Positions 12,664 through 24,461 of a stretch of DNA of 64,000 nucleotides are shown piece by piece. The notes beneath the pieces were generated by a model. That model did no database searches and had not been told where the DNA came from. It worked only from the letters and a program-made list of their open reading frames with translations. Each line of letters begins with the position of its first letter. Position 1 is the first letter of the stretch. The stretch spans positions 1-64,000 of the forward strand of contig NIVC01003808.1 in assembly GCA_002269645.1 (NCBI GenBank), given 5' to 3'. A program made the position numbers and the translations under genes. The stretch is from Macrostomum lignano. Taxonomy: Eukaryota.

Positions 12664-12958
12664 GCCCCAATTTATATTGCCTTTCTCGGAATTCCGCCCT
12701 AAAGCTGCCATGTACATTTCAGTGGACTGGCCAATGTACATTACTGCTGAACCAATTAGCAAGTTGTTTACGCCTGCAAGCTTGGGCTTCTAAACTTATC
12801 AAAGTCCCCCGCCGCGCCCCAATTTATATTGCCTTTCTCGGAATTCCAGCCTAAAGCTGCCATGTACATTTCAGTGGACTGGCCAATGTACATTACTGCT
12901 GAACCAATAAGCAAGTTGGTTACGCCTGCAAGCTTGGGCTTCTAAACTTATCAAAGTC
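12664..12958. repeat. Tandem duplication of about 150 bp
   Basis: CCCCAATTTATATTGCC...AAACTTATCAAAGTC occurs at about 12665 and 12817. Confidence 0.9.
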
Positions 12959-13776
12959 ATTTTAGCTGCCTTTATTTTTATAAAATAGCTTGTATATTCG
13001 TCTTTGCTACTGAACTGAAAGTAGAAAGCTGTTTTGCTAAGTAGTCGTATATATGCCCGAGTGAGCATTCTAGTTATAGTAGTATCTGTGAGCGCAGATC
13101 GATCAACCTTAGGCATGATTAATCGATAAATTGATTGGCAAAAATCAAATGACAGTCATTATAATAAGCACTGCTATGGGCACAAACAGACACCAAGATT
13201 GGAAGCCAGAAATCATAATTAAGTGGCAAAAGTTTAACTTATTAAAACTTATTAACGTATTAGCTCACAGCCGAAAACAAGCATAATTAAACGAATGTCA
13301 GTATTGAACGTTTATGTAAGAGGGAAACTTGCCAATTAGTAAAAAATCTGCTTACAGATAAAAATATCATAAAAGATAGTATTACATAAAAGCATAGAAT
13401 TATAAGCTTAATTAAAATTACTGGAATAGCAGTTTACCCTCATTTATATTGAATTCTAAATACCAAGAAAAACTCGCATATAAACACGACAGTAGTCACC
13501 CATCTTATTAAAAAGTATTCGTTAAAATCTTTAAAAACACAATAATCAATACATAGTTTGTGATGTACTTTCTTAAAACTGAAGTTTTTTTCCAGAAAAA
13601 AACACTAGACTACTAACAGTAGCGGTATACTTCTAATTTATTCGTCTTCTATTTTACTGTTTTCTACTATTATAAACCTAATAATGATCAAGTAATTTGT
13701 CGATTTTCTGGTACTATCAGCAATACAAACAGTTTTTAAAATTGATTTTTTATTCAAAAAGATGGATCGATAATCC

Positions 13777-15127
13777 TTAGGCGGCAGCTCCGCTCAGCTT
13801 TTTCAAGGCTCCGACGCCCATCTCCTGGTACTCCTGCCGGCTAATCCAGAACTTATCGTCGTGATCCTTCATAATATCGGCCAGGATAGCGCCGCCCAGG
13901 AACACCATGTGCTTGCGCCTGGGCGGATCCTCGATTCGGATTTTAAACTTGCTCAATCGTTCCGTGTCGCCTTTGAGCACCTGCTCCAGGTACAACTGCT
14001 TCATTTCCCTCTCTAGCCGGCTGGGCAGACCCGGGTACATTGTGGTGCCGCCCGATAGCACAATCTTCTTGTAGAACTCGGGCCTGATGTCCATGTCCGC
14101 CTGCTGGATGGTGTTGAACAGCAGTTCCGCCACGCCAACCCCGTCTACATCCACCAGGTGAGGCTGGAATAACGCCTCGGGAGCTTGAAAGCGCTCGCCA
14201 CTTACCTGTGGTGTTTGGGGGGGGGGCAACTGGCGGTTAATAAGCTGTTCTAGCTTTACCGTCATCCCATCCCCCTCCTCCCTCTCGTTAACCTCTCCAT
14301 CTCCCTTCCCTCTCATATCCCTTGCCTCCCATCTGCCTTCCCTCCCATCTCCCTTCCCTCTTATCTGCCTTCCCTCTAATCTCCCTTCCCTGTCAACTGC
14401 CTTTCCTCCCATCTCCCTTCCCTGTCAACTGCCTTTCCTCCCATCTCCCTTCCCTGTCAACTGCCTTTCCTCCCATCTCCCTTCCCTCCCATCTCCCTTC
14501 TCTTTCATATCCCTTTCCCTTTATACCCCTTCCCTTCCATCTCCCTTCTCATCCCATTCTCTACACCTCAGAAGAATCTCCATCCGCTCCTCTTGTGTCA
14601 CATCTCAATCCATCTTCCCAGCGGCCACCCATCGGCTCACCTTGATGACGCGGCCATCCGGCAGGGTGTACTTCTCGACCAGCACGGTGGTCTCCAGCGA
14701 CAGCCGCTCCTCCTGAGCAATATCGTAAGCCACATAGCACAGACGCTCCTTCAGCTGACGGATTGTCTCAAAATCAGCGCTAGCATTAAAAGCGTAGCCT
14801 CTGAGCAGCAGGAGCTTGATGAGATAGCGCGTGATGTCCCGGCCGGCAATGTTCAGCCGCTTGGTGAGATGCGGCAATGCGAAGCCGTCGTACACCGGGC
14901 AGATGTGGGTGACGCCGTCGCCTGAGTCAACTACAACTCCAGTGAGCAGGCCTTGAGCATAGAGGGTCAGCACCGCCTGAAATGTATAGTGCAAGGCCAC
15001 TGCTCGTATTCTAGTGCTGAGGGTCGCAACTCATACACTGTACATAAGTTTCTACTTTGTACTTTTATTGGAGATGATAAATAGGCTGCTAACTCGCTAA
15101 CTAACTACCCAACTAACTGACCAAGTG

Positions 15128-15166
<39 letters not shown>

Positions 15167-17563
15167 CACTAACTAACTAACTAACTAACTCACTAACTAA
15201 CTCACTAACTAACTAACTAACTAACTCACTCACTAACTAACTCACTAACTAACTAACTAACTAACTAACTCACTAACTAACTCACTAACTAACTGACTAA
15301 CAAACAAACAAACAAACAAACAAACTAACTCACTAACTAACTAACTAACTAACTAACTGACTAACAAACAAATAAACAAACAAACAAACTAACTAACTCA
15401 CTAACTAACTAACTAACTGACTAACTGACTAACAAACAAATAAACAAACTAACTAACTAACTAACTCACAAACAAACAAACAAACAAACAAACTGACTAA
15501 CAAACAAATAAACTAACTAACTAACTGTCTGACTAACTAACTTACTACTAATAAAGTAAATAACTAACTAATTAACTAACGAGTAAGGTCACAATAACAC
15601 GCAGAGACTTCACCTGAATAGCCACGTAGACTCCGGCAAAGTTGTACTTTTCAAACATTGCCTCAATCATGCGCTCCCGGTTCTTAGCCGGGTTCATGGG
15701 TGGCTCTGTCAGCAACACCTTGGTGTTCGGACAGTCCAGGTTCATCTTCTTCGGACCGAAGATGTAGTCGTACAGGTGCAGCATGTCAGTCCAGTTGCTG
15801 ACTATGCCGTTCTCCATTGGGTAGTTCACCTGCGATGGGAAGTAAGACAGGCAAATTAGCTGACGTATATCTTTCCCTGCATTATACACTTCGACCATTG
15901 TGCTAATCTCGATTCCCATTGTAGAAGTAGAGAGTAGACTTCAGTCTTAATGGAACTACAGTTAGAACAACTTCCGGTTCTCGAATCTAATTGGAGATAC
16001 AGTTAGAACAACTTCTGGTTGTCGAATCTAATTGGAGATACAGTTAGAACAACTTCCGATTCTCGAATCTAATTGGAGATACAGTTAGACCAAGTTCCGA
16101 TTCTCGAATCTAATTGGAGATACAGTTAGACCAACTTCCGGTTGTTGAATATAATTGTAGATACAGTTAGAACAACTTCCGGTTGTCGAACCTAATTGGA
16201 GATACAGTTAGACCAACTTCCGGTTGTCGAACCTAATTGGAGATACAGTTAGACCAACTTCCGGTTCTCGAATCTAATTGGAGATACAGTTAGAACAACT
16301 TCCGGTTGTCGAACCTAATTGGAGATATAGTTAGACCAACTTCCGGTTCTCGAATCTAATTGGAGATACAGTTAGAACAACTTCCGGTTGTTGAACCTAA
16401 TTGGAGATACAGTTAGAACAACTTCCGGTTGTTGAATCTAATTGGAGATACAGTTAGAACAACTTCCGATTCTCGAATCTAATTGGAGATACAGTTAGAC
16501 CAACTTCCGGTTGTTGAATATAATTGTAGATACAGTTAGAACAACTTCCGGTTGTCGAACCTAATTGGAGATACAGTTAGACCAACTTCCGGTTCTCGAA
16601 TCTAATTGGAGATACAGTTAGAACAACTTCCGGTTGTCGAACCTAATTGGAGATATAGTTAGACCAACTTCCGGTTCTTGAATCTAATTGGAGATACAGT
16701 TAGAACAACTTCCGGTTGTTGAACCTAATTGGAGATACAGTTAGAACAACTTCCGGTTGTCGAACCTAATTGGAGATATAGTTAGACCAACTTCCGGTTG
16801 TCGAATCTAATTGGAGATACAGTTAGAACAACTTCCGGTTGTCGAACCTAATTGGAGATACAGTTAGAACAACTTCCGGTTGTCGAGCCTAATTGGAGAT
16901 ATAGTTAGACCAACTTCCGGTTGTCGAATCTAATTGGAGATACAGTTAGAACAACTTCCGGTTGTCGAACCTAATTGGAGATACAGTTAGAACAACTTCC
17001 GGTTGTTGAACCTAATTGGAGATATAGTTAGAACAACTTCCGGTTCTCGAATCTAATTGGAGATACAGTTAGACCAACTTCTGGTTGTCAAATCTAATTG
17101 GAGATACAGTTAGACCAACTTCCGGTTGATAAAGCTGAATTCCGAAGATAAACCCTACTTCCCTACTTCCGGTCTGACAGATTTGACTACAGTTGGACTG
17201 CTTCCGTTTATAAAAAAATCGCCATATTCAATACTACTTCCGATTGTCGCAAAAGGCTATTCATTACTAGGTCCAGTCCCGGCTTCCGGAATTTAAAGAG
17301 AGCTCTCGCCACTGTCACATTAAGAAGCGAGTGAAACGAAAAAAAAACATTTTTACCTGCAGCATCTGTCGAACTTCCGCAGCCTCGTCGCCCACCATCA
17401 GGTCGCGAATCTCCACGTCGCCAATGCGCGACGAGCTGCGCAGAATTGGCCGGCCAACCAGAGACGGGAAAATGTGCTCGGGATAATTCGCGCCGGCCCG
17501 GCCGCACTTGACAAATCCCGTGCCATTGTCGCATACAACCACGTGTCTGCCTTTGCTATCCAT
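13777..17563 (-). CDS. ACTR2: Actin-related protein 2 (Arp2/3 complex), 4 exons, about 395 aa
   Basis: Exons 17563-17357, 15829-15614, 14976-14641 and 14205-13777; all introns phase 0; total 1188 nt. [45 protein letters not shown]. Confidence 0.96.
14260..14545. repeat. CT-rich low-complexity repeat in Arp2 intron 3
   Basis: CTCCCTTCCCT-type units. Confidence 0.85.
15100..15575. repeat. (TAAC)n/(AAAC)n microsatellite in Arp2 intron 2
   Basis: Direct inspection. Confidence 0.96.
15955..17130. repeat. 41-bp minisatellite GTTAGAACAACTTCCGGTTGTCGAACCTAATTGGAGATACA in Arp2 intron 1
   Basis: About 28 tandem units. Confidence 0.96.
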
Positions 17564-17704
17564 GCTGGCCTGATTTACAATTTGTAGAGCTTCATGAATT
17601 TTAGCATTTAGAAATGGAATCAGATGCGCACGCCGTTAATAACTTTCTATTTCTACTAATAGTAGCAAAGAGAGAAATTTTATTGAAATATTTACAATTT
17701 TAAG

Positions 17705-18685
17705 GGGAATTACTCAAATGCTAAAGGCTCAGGGGGATTTACTCAGATGCTAAAGGCTCAGGGGGATTTACTCAGTTGCTAAAGGCTCAGGGGGATTTAC
17801 TCAGTTGCTAAAGGCTCAGGGGGATTTACTCAGATGCTAAAGGCTCAGGGGGATTTACTCAGATGCTAAAGGCTCAGGGGGATTTACTCAGATGCTAAAG
17901 GCTCAGGGGGATTTACTCAGTTGCTAAAGGCTCAGGGGGATTTACTCAGTTGCTAAAGGCTCAGGGGGATTTACTCAGATGCTAAAGGCTCAGGGGGAAT
18001 TGCTCAGTTGCTAAAGGCTCAGGGGGATTTACTCAGATGCTAAAGGCTCAGGGGGATTTACTCAGATGCTAAAGGCTCAGGGGGATTTACTCAGATGCTA
18101 AAGGCTCAGGGGGATTTACTCAGATGCTAAAGGCTCAGGGGGATTTACTCAGATGCTAAAGGCTCAGGGGGATTTACTCAGATGCTAAAGGCTCAGGGGG
18201 ATTTACTCAGATGCTAAAGGCTCAGGGGATTTACTCAGATGCTAAAGGCTCAGGGGGATTTACTCAGATGCTAAAGGCTCAGGGGGATTTACTCAGATGC
18301 TCAAAACTCAGGGAGAATTGCTCAGATGCTCAAAACTCAGGGGGAATTGCTCAGATGCTCAAAACTCAGGGGGGATCACTCAGATGCTCAAACTCAGGGG
18401 GAATTGCTCAGATGCTCAAAACTCAGGGGGAATTGCTCAGATGCAAAAGGCTTGGGGGAATCACTCAGATGCTAAAAGCTCAGGGGGAATTACTCAGATG
18501 CTCAAAACTCAGGGGAATTACTCAGATGCTCAAAACTCAGGGGAATTGCTCAGATGCTCAAAACTCAGGGGGAATTGCTCGGATACTAAATGCTCTGGGG
18601 AATTGCTCAGATGCTAAATGCTCAGGGGAATTGCTCAGATGCTAAATGCTCAGGGGAATTGCTCAGATGCTAAAGGCGCAGGGGA
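17705..18685. repeat. 29-bp minisatellite CTCAGATGCTAAAGGCTCAGGGGGATTTA
   Basis: About 33 units, homogeneous on the left and diverged on the right. Confidence 0.95.
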
Positions 18686-19459
18686 AATCGATCATGAGCA
18701 AAGACCTTGGCTTATATGCCTCTAAGATGATAAATGGATTGATATCTCAACAGTGATGCAACGATGAAGCGTTTATTGATAAGAAAGCATTGAAGTCCGC
18801 TATGTAAGCATGTTTATGCACATATATTTGAATATTTAGCATAAATATAATGGCCTTGAATACCGCCCTCCATTGAAAACCTCTACTGATCTACTCGGCA
18901 GTAAAAAATCACAATTGCTGACAGACTTTGAGAAAAAATAAAGGTTATAAATTACAATCATAATCTATTTATTCAACAGGAAATCAGTTTAATTAAACAT
19001 TTTATATAGCCTCACAGATTTGGTCCGGGTTAGCAAGGTAGGAATAAAATAATACGATAATGCAATGCAGAAAGTTTATCGTAGCAACCGGAGCGCTTCT
19101 ATCTGAGCCGTCATCATTTTGAATCATATTTTCAATTATTTTATTTATATCAATCTAAAGCCAATTAAGTCAATAAGCCAATAATAGATTACTAATAGTA
19201 ATAACCTTTGATTTTTCAACGGAATCGTTAACTGACTCTCAAGTTTAAGCGCTGACAGTTAATTACAGCAACAGAGACTGGATAATAATGGTGGATTTAA
19301 ACACAGTTGAGCCGGTATAAACAAATAAACAACAGCGTATTGCCAGTGTCAGTAACAAACTAGATTTCATTATGGATGCCTTGTGCGAAAAAATTAATAG
19401 TTAATTAGCACGAGCGAGTGAACTGCCATTGAAATAACTGGATCCATTTTTATCCCAAC

Positions 19460-19715
19460 AAATTCAAAATCCCATTCTCAACAAATTCAAAATCCCATTC
19501 TCAGCAAATTTGAAATCCCAATTCTCAACAAATTAAAAATCCCATTTTCAACAAATTTGAAATCCAATTTCTAAACAACTTTAAAATCCCATTCTCAGCA
19601 AATTTAAAATCCCATTCTCAACAAATTTGAAATCCCATTCTCAACAAATTTGAAATCCCATTTTCAACGAATTCGAAATCCCATTTCTCAACAAATTTCA
19701 AATCCCATTCTCAAC
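19460..19715. repeat. ~23-bp repeat AAATTTGAAATCCCATTCTCAAC in the Ral 3' region
   Basis: About 11 tandem units. Confidence 0.88.
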
Positions 19716-19873
19716 GCGCAGGAACTACAAATTTTGAATCCTGATCTCAAACTGAGGACAGAGCATTGATTTGATCACTTGGACAAAAATAGCAACACAA
19801 TGGCGAATAGAAAAAAACTGATTTTTAAAAAATCGCACAAAAGGCTGGCCTTCTTTTTAAAGAAAAAAACGCG

Positions 19874-22800
19874 TCAAAGAATTTCGCATCTGCGCTTTTT
19901 CGGCTTCTTGCTGCGTCCGCCGCCGTTTCCGGTGACGGCCGATTGCTGCTTCCGGTGATGAATCTCGGTCAGCAGGTCGTAGAAAGCCTTGGTTACAATT
20001 CGATTAATAAAAGAAGGTTGAGAAAATTTATATTTCATTTTCAACAAACCGACAATGCGTAAAATTTAGATTGCGAATCAAAATTGACTGCTAATAGGCT
20101 TTCATCGCTACTAACGGTAGTGCTATTTGAAAAGCTATTTAGACTAAATTTTCGGGTTGAATAATTTTTTTCTAAAATCATGTAATTGAATTTGAAATAC
20201 GTAATCTCACTGTGCATGCAATTTAAGTTTGCGAAGCTATACAAAAATCAATTCTCTGAAATTTTGATTGCAGAGTTTCCACCGTGGAGAGGGAAGAGGG
20301 AAGGTGTGGAAGGAGATGAAGGGGGCTTGACGAGGATTTGGAAACCAGAGAAACGGGTGAGGTAGGGCGTCAGGCGATGAGGGTGAAATATGAGGGAAGG
20401 TAGGAGGGTGTGCGGGAGGGGATGATGAGGGGTGAGGGAGAGTAGGAGGGTAGAGGCAGAGGATGAGGGAGGGTAGAGGGAGGGGATAAGGAGGGTAGAG
20501 GGAAGGTAGAGGCAGGGTATGAGGGAGGGGATGATGAAGGGTGAGGGAGGGTAGGAGGGTAGAGGCAAGGGATGAGGGAAGGTAGAGGGAGGGGATAAGA
20601 GAGGGTAGAGGGAGGGGATAAGGAGGGTAGAGGGAAGGTAGAGGCAGGGTATGAGGGAGGGGATGATGAAGGGTGAGGGAGGGTAGGAGGGTAGAGGCAG
20701 AGGATGAGGGAGGGTAGAGGAAGTGCAAGAGGGAGAATGAATGAGAGAGAAAGAGATAAACAGGTACAGAAGGAAAATAGATGGGGCGAAAACAATGTAT
20801 GACGGATGGAGAACTAATAAATATCACTATTAAGAGCGATTGCTTCTTAACTACTGATTGATTCTGTAGTCATCAGTCTGGTAGACAATATGATAATAAT
20901 ATATAAATGAATTTATTGCGCCAGCAAACAGCTCTCGAATCAAAATATATAATACAATAGCTGTTTGCTAAGCTGGCTATAGTACTATAACAAAATAGAC
21001 TATTGTCGGAGTGTGAGAGTGTGCGTAGGCTGCGCTCAAAGCAGGCTGCAGCAGCATTTGGCAGACGAGCCGCCACCCTGCAGAGCAGCCATGCCAGACT
21101 GCTGCCTGTTCAGCTGCGGCCGGCCGCGCTTGTGGTCCAGCACGGAGCGGATCAGGCCGAAGAAGGCCTTCGTTGTGTTGCGTGTAATTAATTTTATTGT
21201 TTTGCATTGCGCGTTACATTTTTACAAAATAAAATGCTTGCACTGCCTCTAATGAGTAGGAATATTCGGACAGCACCTACCAATGTTGAAAAATAATAAT
21301 AAATGGACAAAAATCATTACACTGTCACGGGGTCATGAGACTGTCGGGAGTGATGAGATTTGTCTCGGAGTGATGAGATTTGCCTGAGAGTGATGAGATT
21401 GTCTGGGAGTGATGAGACTGTCTGGGAGTGATGAGACTGTCTGGGAGTGATGAGACTGTCTGGGAGTGATGAGATTTGTCTGGGAGTGATGAGACTGTCT
21501 GGGAGTGCGGAGACTGTCGAGACTGTCGGAGTGACGAGACTGTCTGGGAGTGCGAAGACTGTCGGAGTGACGAGACTGTCTGGGAGTGCGGAGACTGTCG
21601 GAGTGACGAGACTGTCTGGGAGTGCGGAGACTGTCGGAGTGACGAGACTGTCTGGGAGTGACGAGACTGTCGGAGTGACGAGACTGTCTGGGAGTGCGGA
21701 GACTGTCGGAGTGACGCGAATGACGAGAACAAAGATGAGCGGCCCATCTAAAAGCGCAATCAATGGCTCACCTTGTCGACATTCTCTCTAGTTTTGGCCG
21801 ACGTTTCCAGGTAGGGGATTCGCCAGGCTTCGGCCCGGGCCTCGGCCTCCCTGGATTGCACCTGCCGGCCGTCGGTGAGGTCGCTCTTGTTGCCAACCAG
21901 CAGCATGGGGATGGACTCGTCGCCTTTTACTCGGATGATCTGCTCTCTGCGCGATGGATGCAGTGAGGAGGGAGTAAATTAAATAAGCTTTGCCTGGGAG
22001 GGTGGCTGGAAGGTAAGGAGTGTTCGGGAGGGTAAGGAGTGTTCAGGAGGGTAAGGAGAGTGTCCGGGAGGGTAAGGAGGGTTCGGGAGGGTAAGGAGTG
22101 AGAGAGCGGGCACTGCACAGGAATAGAAATCGATGGCCCCAGAGACGCGAACTGACCTTACCTGAACTCATTAGTGGCGGCAAAGGACTCAGGATCGGTG
22201 AGCGAGAACACGCATAGGAAGCCCTCTCCGCCGCGGAAATAATTGTCCCGAATGCTGGCATAGTCCTCCTGGCCAGCCGTGTCCAGGATGTCAATGTGCA
22301 CCTCGGTGCCCTCCAGGGTGACCTTCTTTCGATACATATCGGCTTTGGTTGGCTCGTAGTCTTCAACGAACTGGGCGCGGTTGAGACGGAGTTTGACAGA
22401 AATTGGCCTAACTATTCGTACATATAGCAATGAATGATGCTCAAGTAGTGCCACAAGTGCATGAGTAACTACCCTAAAAGTATCAGATTGTATGATATCA
22501 TGCAGATTGCTTAGCAGGAGTGATCTTCTAAAGAGTGGGTAGAGTGACTAGGAGAGTGGGTAGAGTGACTAGGAGAGTGGGTAGAGTGACTAGGAGAGTG
22601 GGTAGAGTGACTAGGAGAGTGGGTAGCTTCTAGAGAGTGGGTAGAGTGACTAGGAGAGTGGGTAGAGTGACTAGGAGAGTGGGTAGCTTCTAGAGAGTGG
22701 GTAGAGTGACAAGGAGAGTGGGTAGAGTGACTAGGAGAGTGGGTAGCTTCTAGAGAGTGGGTAGAGTGACTTGGGGAGTGGGTCGAGTACTCGGGAGAGT

Positions 22801-23158
22801 GGGCAGAATGCCCGGGGGGATTGGGTAGAGTTCCCGGAAGAGTGAGTAGAGTGCCCGGGAATGGGTAGAGTGACTAGAAGAGTGGGTAGAGTGCCCTAGA
22901 AAATAAATATAGTGGCTAGTTATAAATAAGTAATCGACGAGAATTTAGGACGAGATTACGGGGAGTCTGGAAGACAGCTAGAGCGGACAGTGATAATGTA
23001 CATGCACAAAATTGCAACTTCAGCAGGCCGACCGTAACGCTCACCTCGTCGTACATGAACTGCAGCGTAAGGGCGCTTTTACCAACGGCGCCGCTGCCAA
23101 CCATAATGATTTTGTGCACAGGCTGCGATGAGCTGGTCCCACTCTTCTGCTTGGACAT
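19874..23158 (-). CDS. RALA: Ral-family small GTPase, isoform with the distal polybasic last exon (about 203 aa)
   Basis: Exons 23158-23045 (114), 22370-22162 (209), 21946-21772 (175) and 19987-19874 (114). [35 protein letters not shown] (Ral effector loop), [17 protein letters not shown]; tail [11 protein letters not shown]. Confidence 0.93.
20370..20740. repeat. GA-rich low-complexity repeat between the two Ral last exons
   Basis: GAGGG-type units with a longer internal duplication. Confidence 0.85.
21036..21167 (-). CDS. RALA: Alternative proximal last exon of Ral ([43 protein letters not shown]), isoform about 209 aa
   Basis: AG acceptor at 21169-21168, phase 0 matching exon 3. Begins like the alpha5 helix of the distal exon (AFF vs AFY) and ends in CAAX CSLL with TGA. 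AATAAA (minus strand) at 20917-20912. Confidence 0.8.
   Translation of the reverse strand, partial: AFFGLIRSVLDHKRGRPQLNRQQSGMAALQGGGSSAKCCCSLL
21335..21720. repeat. Intronic minisatellite (GAGACTGTCTGGGAGTGAT-type) in Ral intron 3
   Basis: Tandem units of 16-19 bp. Confidence 0.9.
22530..22900. repeat. 21-bp minisatellite AGAGTGGGTAGAGTGACTAGG in Ral intron 1
   Basis: About 17 units. Confidence 0.92.
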
Positions 23159-23399
23159 GATTTCTTACTACTTACAGTACTAGATAACGATTAAGACTAT
23201 ACCTGGCTTGTGATGTAATTAAATTTGCAATTAGTGCGCAAACTGAGTGTGGCGTGGCAGCATGCATAAAATAAATTTGTGGCGTAAGTTTATAATTACC
23301 GATTAAATACATATACAGGTACTACTATGAGTAAAGTAAATTCCAACCCTCTAATCTGGAATTCGCGCACATTTCGCGGGTACTTCACAGGTGGAGTCC

Positions 23400-23990
23400 C
23401 TATTAGAGTGGGTAGAGTTTTCTATGAGTGTGGTAGAGTACATGGGAGTGGGTAGAGTCCAAAGGAGAGTGAGTAGAGTCCTTAGGAGAGTGGGTAGAGC
23501 CACTAGGAGGGTGAGTAGAGTCCTTGGGAGCGTGGGTAGAGCCCCTAGGAGGGTGAGTAGAGTCCCTAGGAGAGTGGGTAGAGTCCCTAGGAGAGTGGGT
23601 AGAGTCCCTAGGAGAGTGAGTAGAGTCCCTAGGAGAGTGGGTAGAGTCCCTAGGAGAGTGGGTAGAGTCCCTAGGAGAGTGGGTAGAGTCTATAGGAGAG
23701 TGAGTAGAGTCCCTAGGAGAGTGGGTAGAGTCCCTAGGAGAGTGAGTAGAGTCCCTAGGAGAGTGGGTAGAGTCTATACCGGTAGGAGAGTGAGTAGAGT
23801 CCCTAGGAGAGTGGGTAGAGTCCCTAGGAGAGTGGGTAGAGTCTATAGGAGAGTGAGTAGAGTCCCTAGGAGAGTGGGTAGAGTCTATAGGAGAGTGAAT
23901 AGTCCCTAGGAGGGTGAGTAGAGTCCCTAGAAGAGTGAGTAGTCCGTAGGAGAGTGAGTAGAGTCCCTAGGAGTGTTTAGTCCCTAAGAG
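23400..23990. repeat. 21-bp minisatellite AGAGTGGGTAGAGTCCCTAGG upstream of Ral
   Basis: About 28 units of the same family as 22530-22900; explains the RRVGRVP ORF. Confidence 0.93.
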
Positions 23991-24461
23991 TGGGGTTAGA
24001 GAGTGGGCGCCAAAGTACTAGGGCTCGATTCCTGGGCGTCAGCTGTACACTACTCTTTTATAGACGTTAATCAAACAAATAAAAGACAGGCAGCCCAAGA
24101 ATTCAATCCAAGAAAAAGGCGAGAACAGCAACAGCCAATTCGGACGCACACGGAGAGACGGCACAATTAAGCGATGAAGTTAATCTCGCGAATTGCGCTC
24201 TCTGCGTGTGCGCTTGAATCATCATCACTTGACCAGCAGTTCTGCATCAATGAGCATCATTGCTTTATTAAATTTATATATAGTTACTAAACTAATCTGG
24301 TTAACAAAGTCACAGGGAAGTATAGGCTCGAAATTGGGATAAAGTGAGTCATAGAAGCATAGCAGAGAGAAAAAATTCAGGCGTTACACATGCAGTTTGA
24401 ATATTTTTACTATCATCATTTTATCGTGTGTAAGAAACCGTGCTTGCTTATGATTAGAAGT

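Noticed and set aside
18211-18645. MLKAQG-repeat ORFs; likewise 10379-10630, 11346-12108, 20237-20827, 21317-21791, 23391-23909, 57425-57857 and 63520-63958
   Set aside because: Minisatellite or low-complexity translations.
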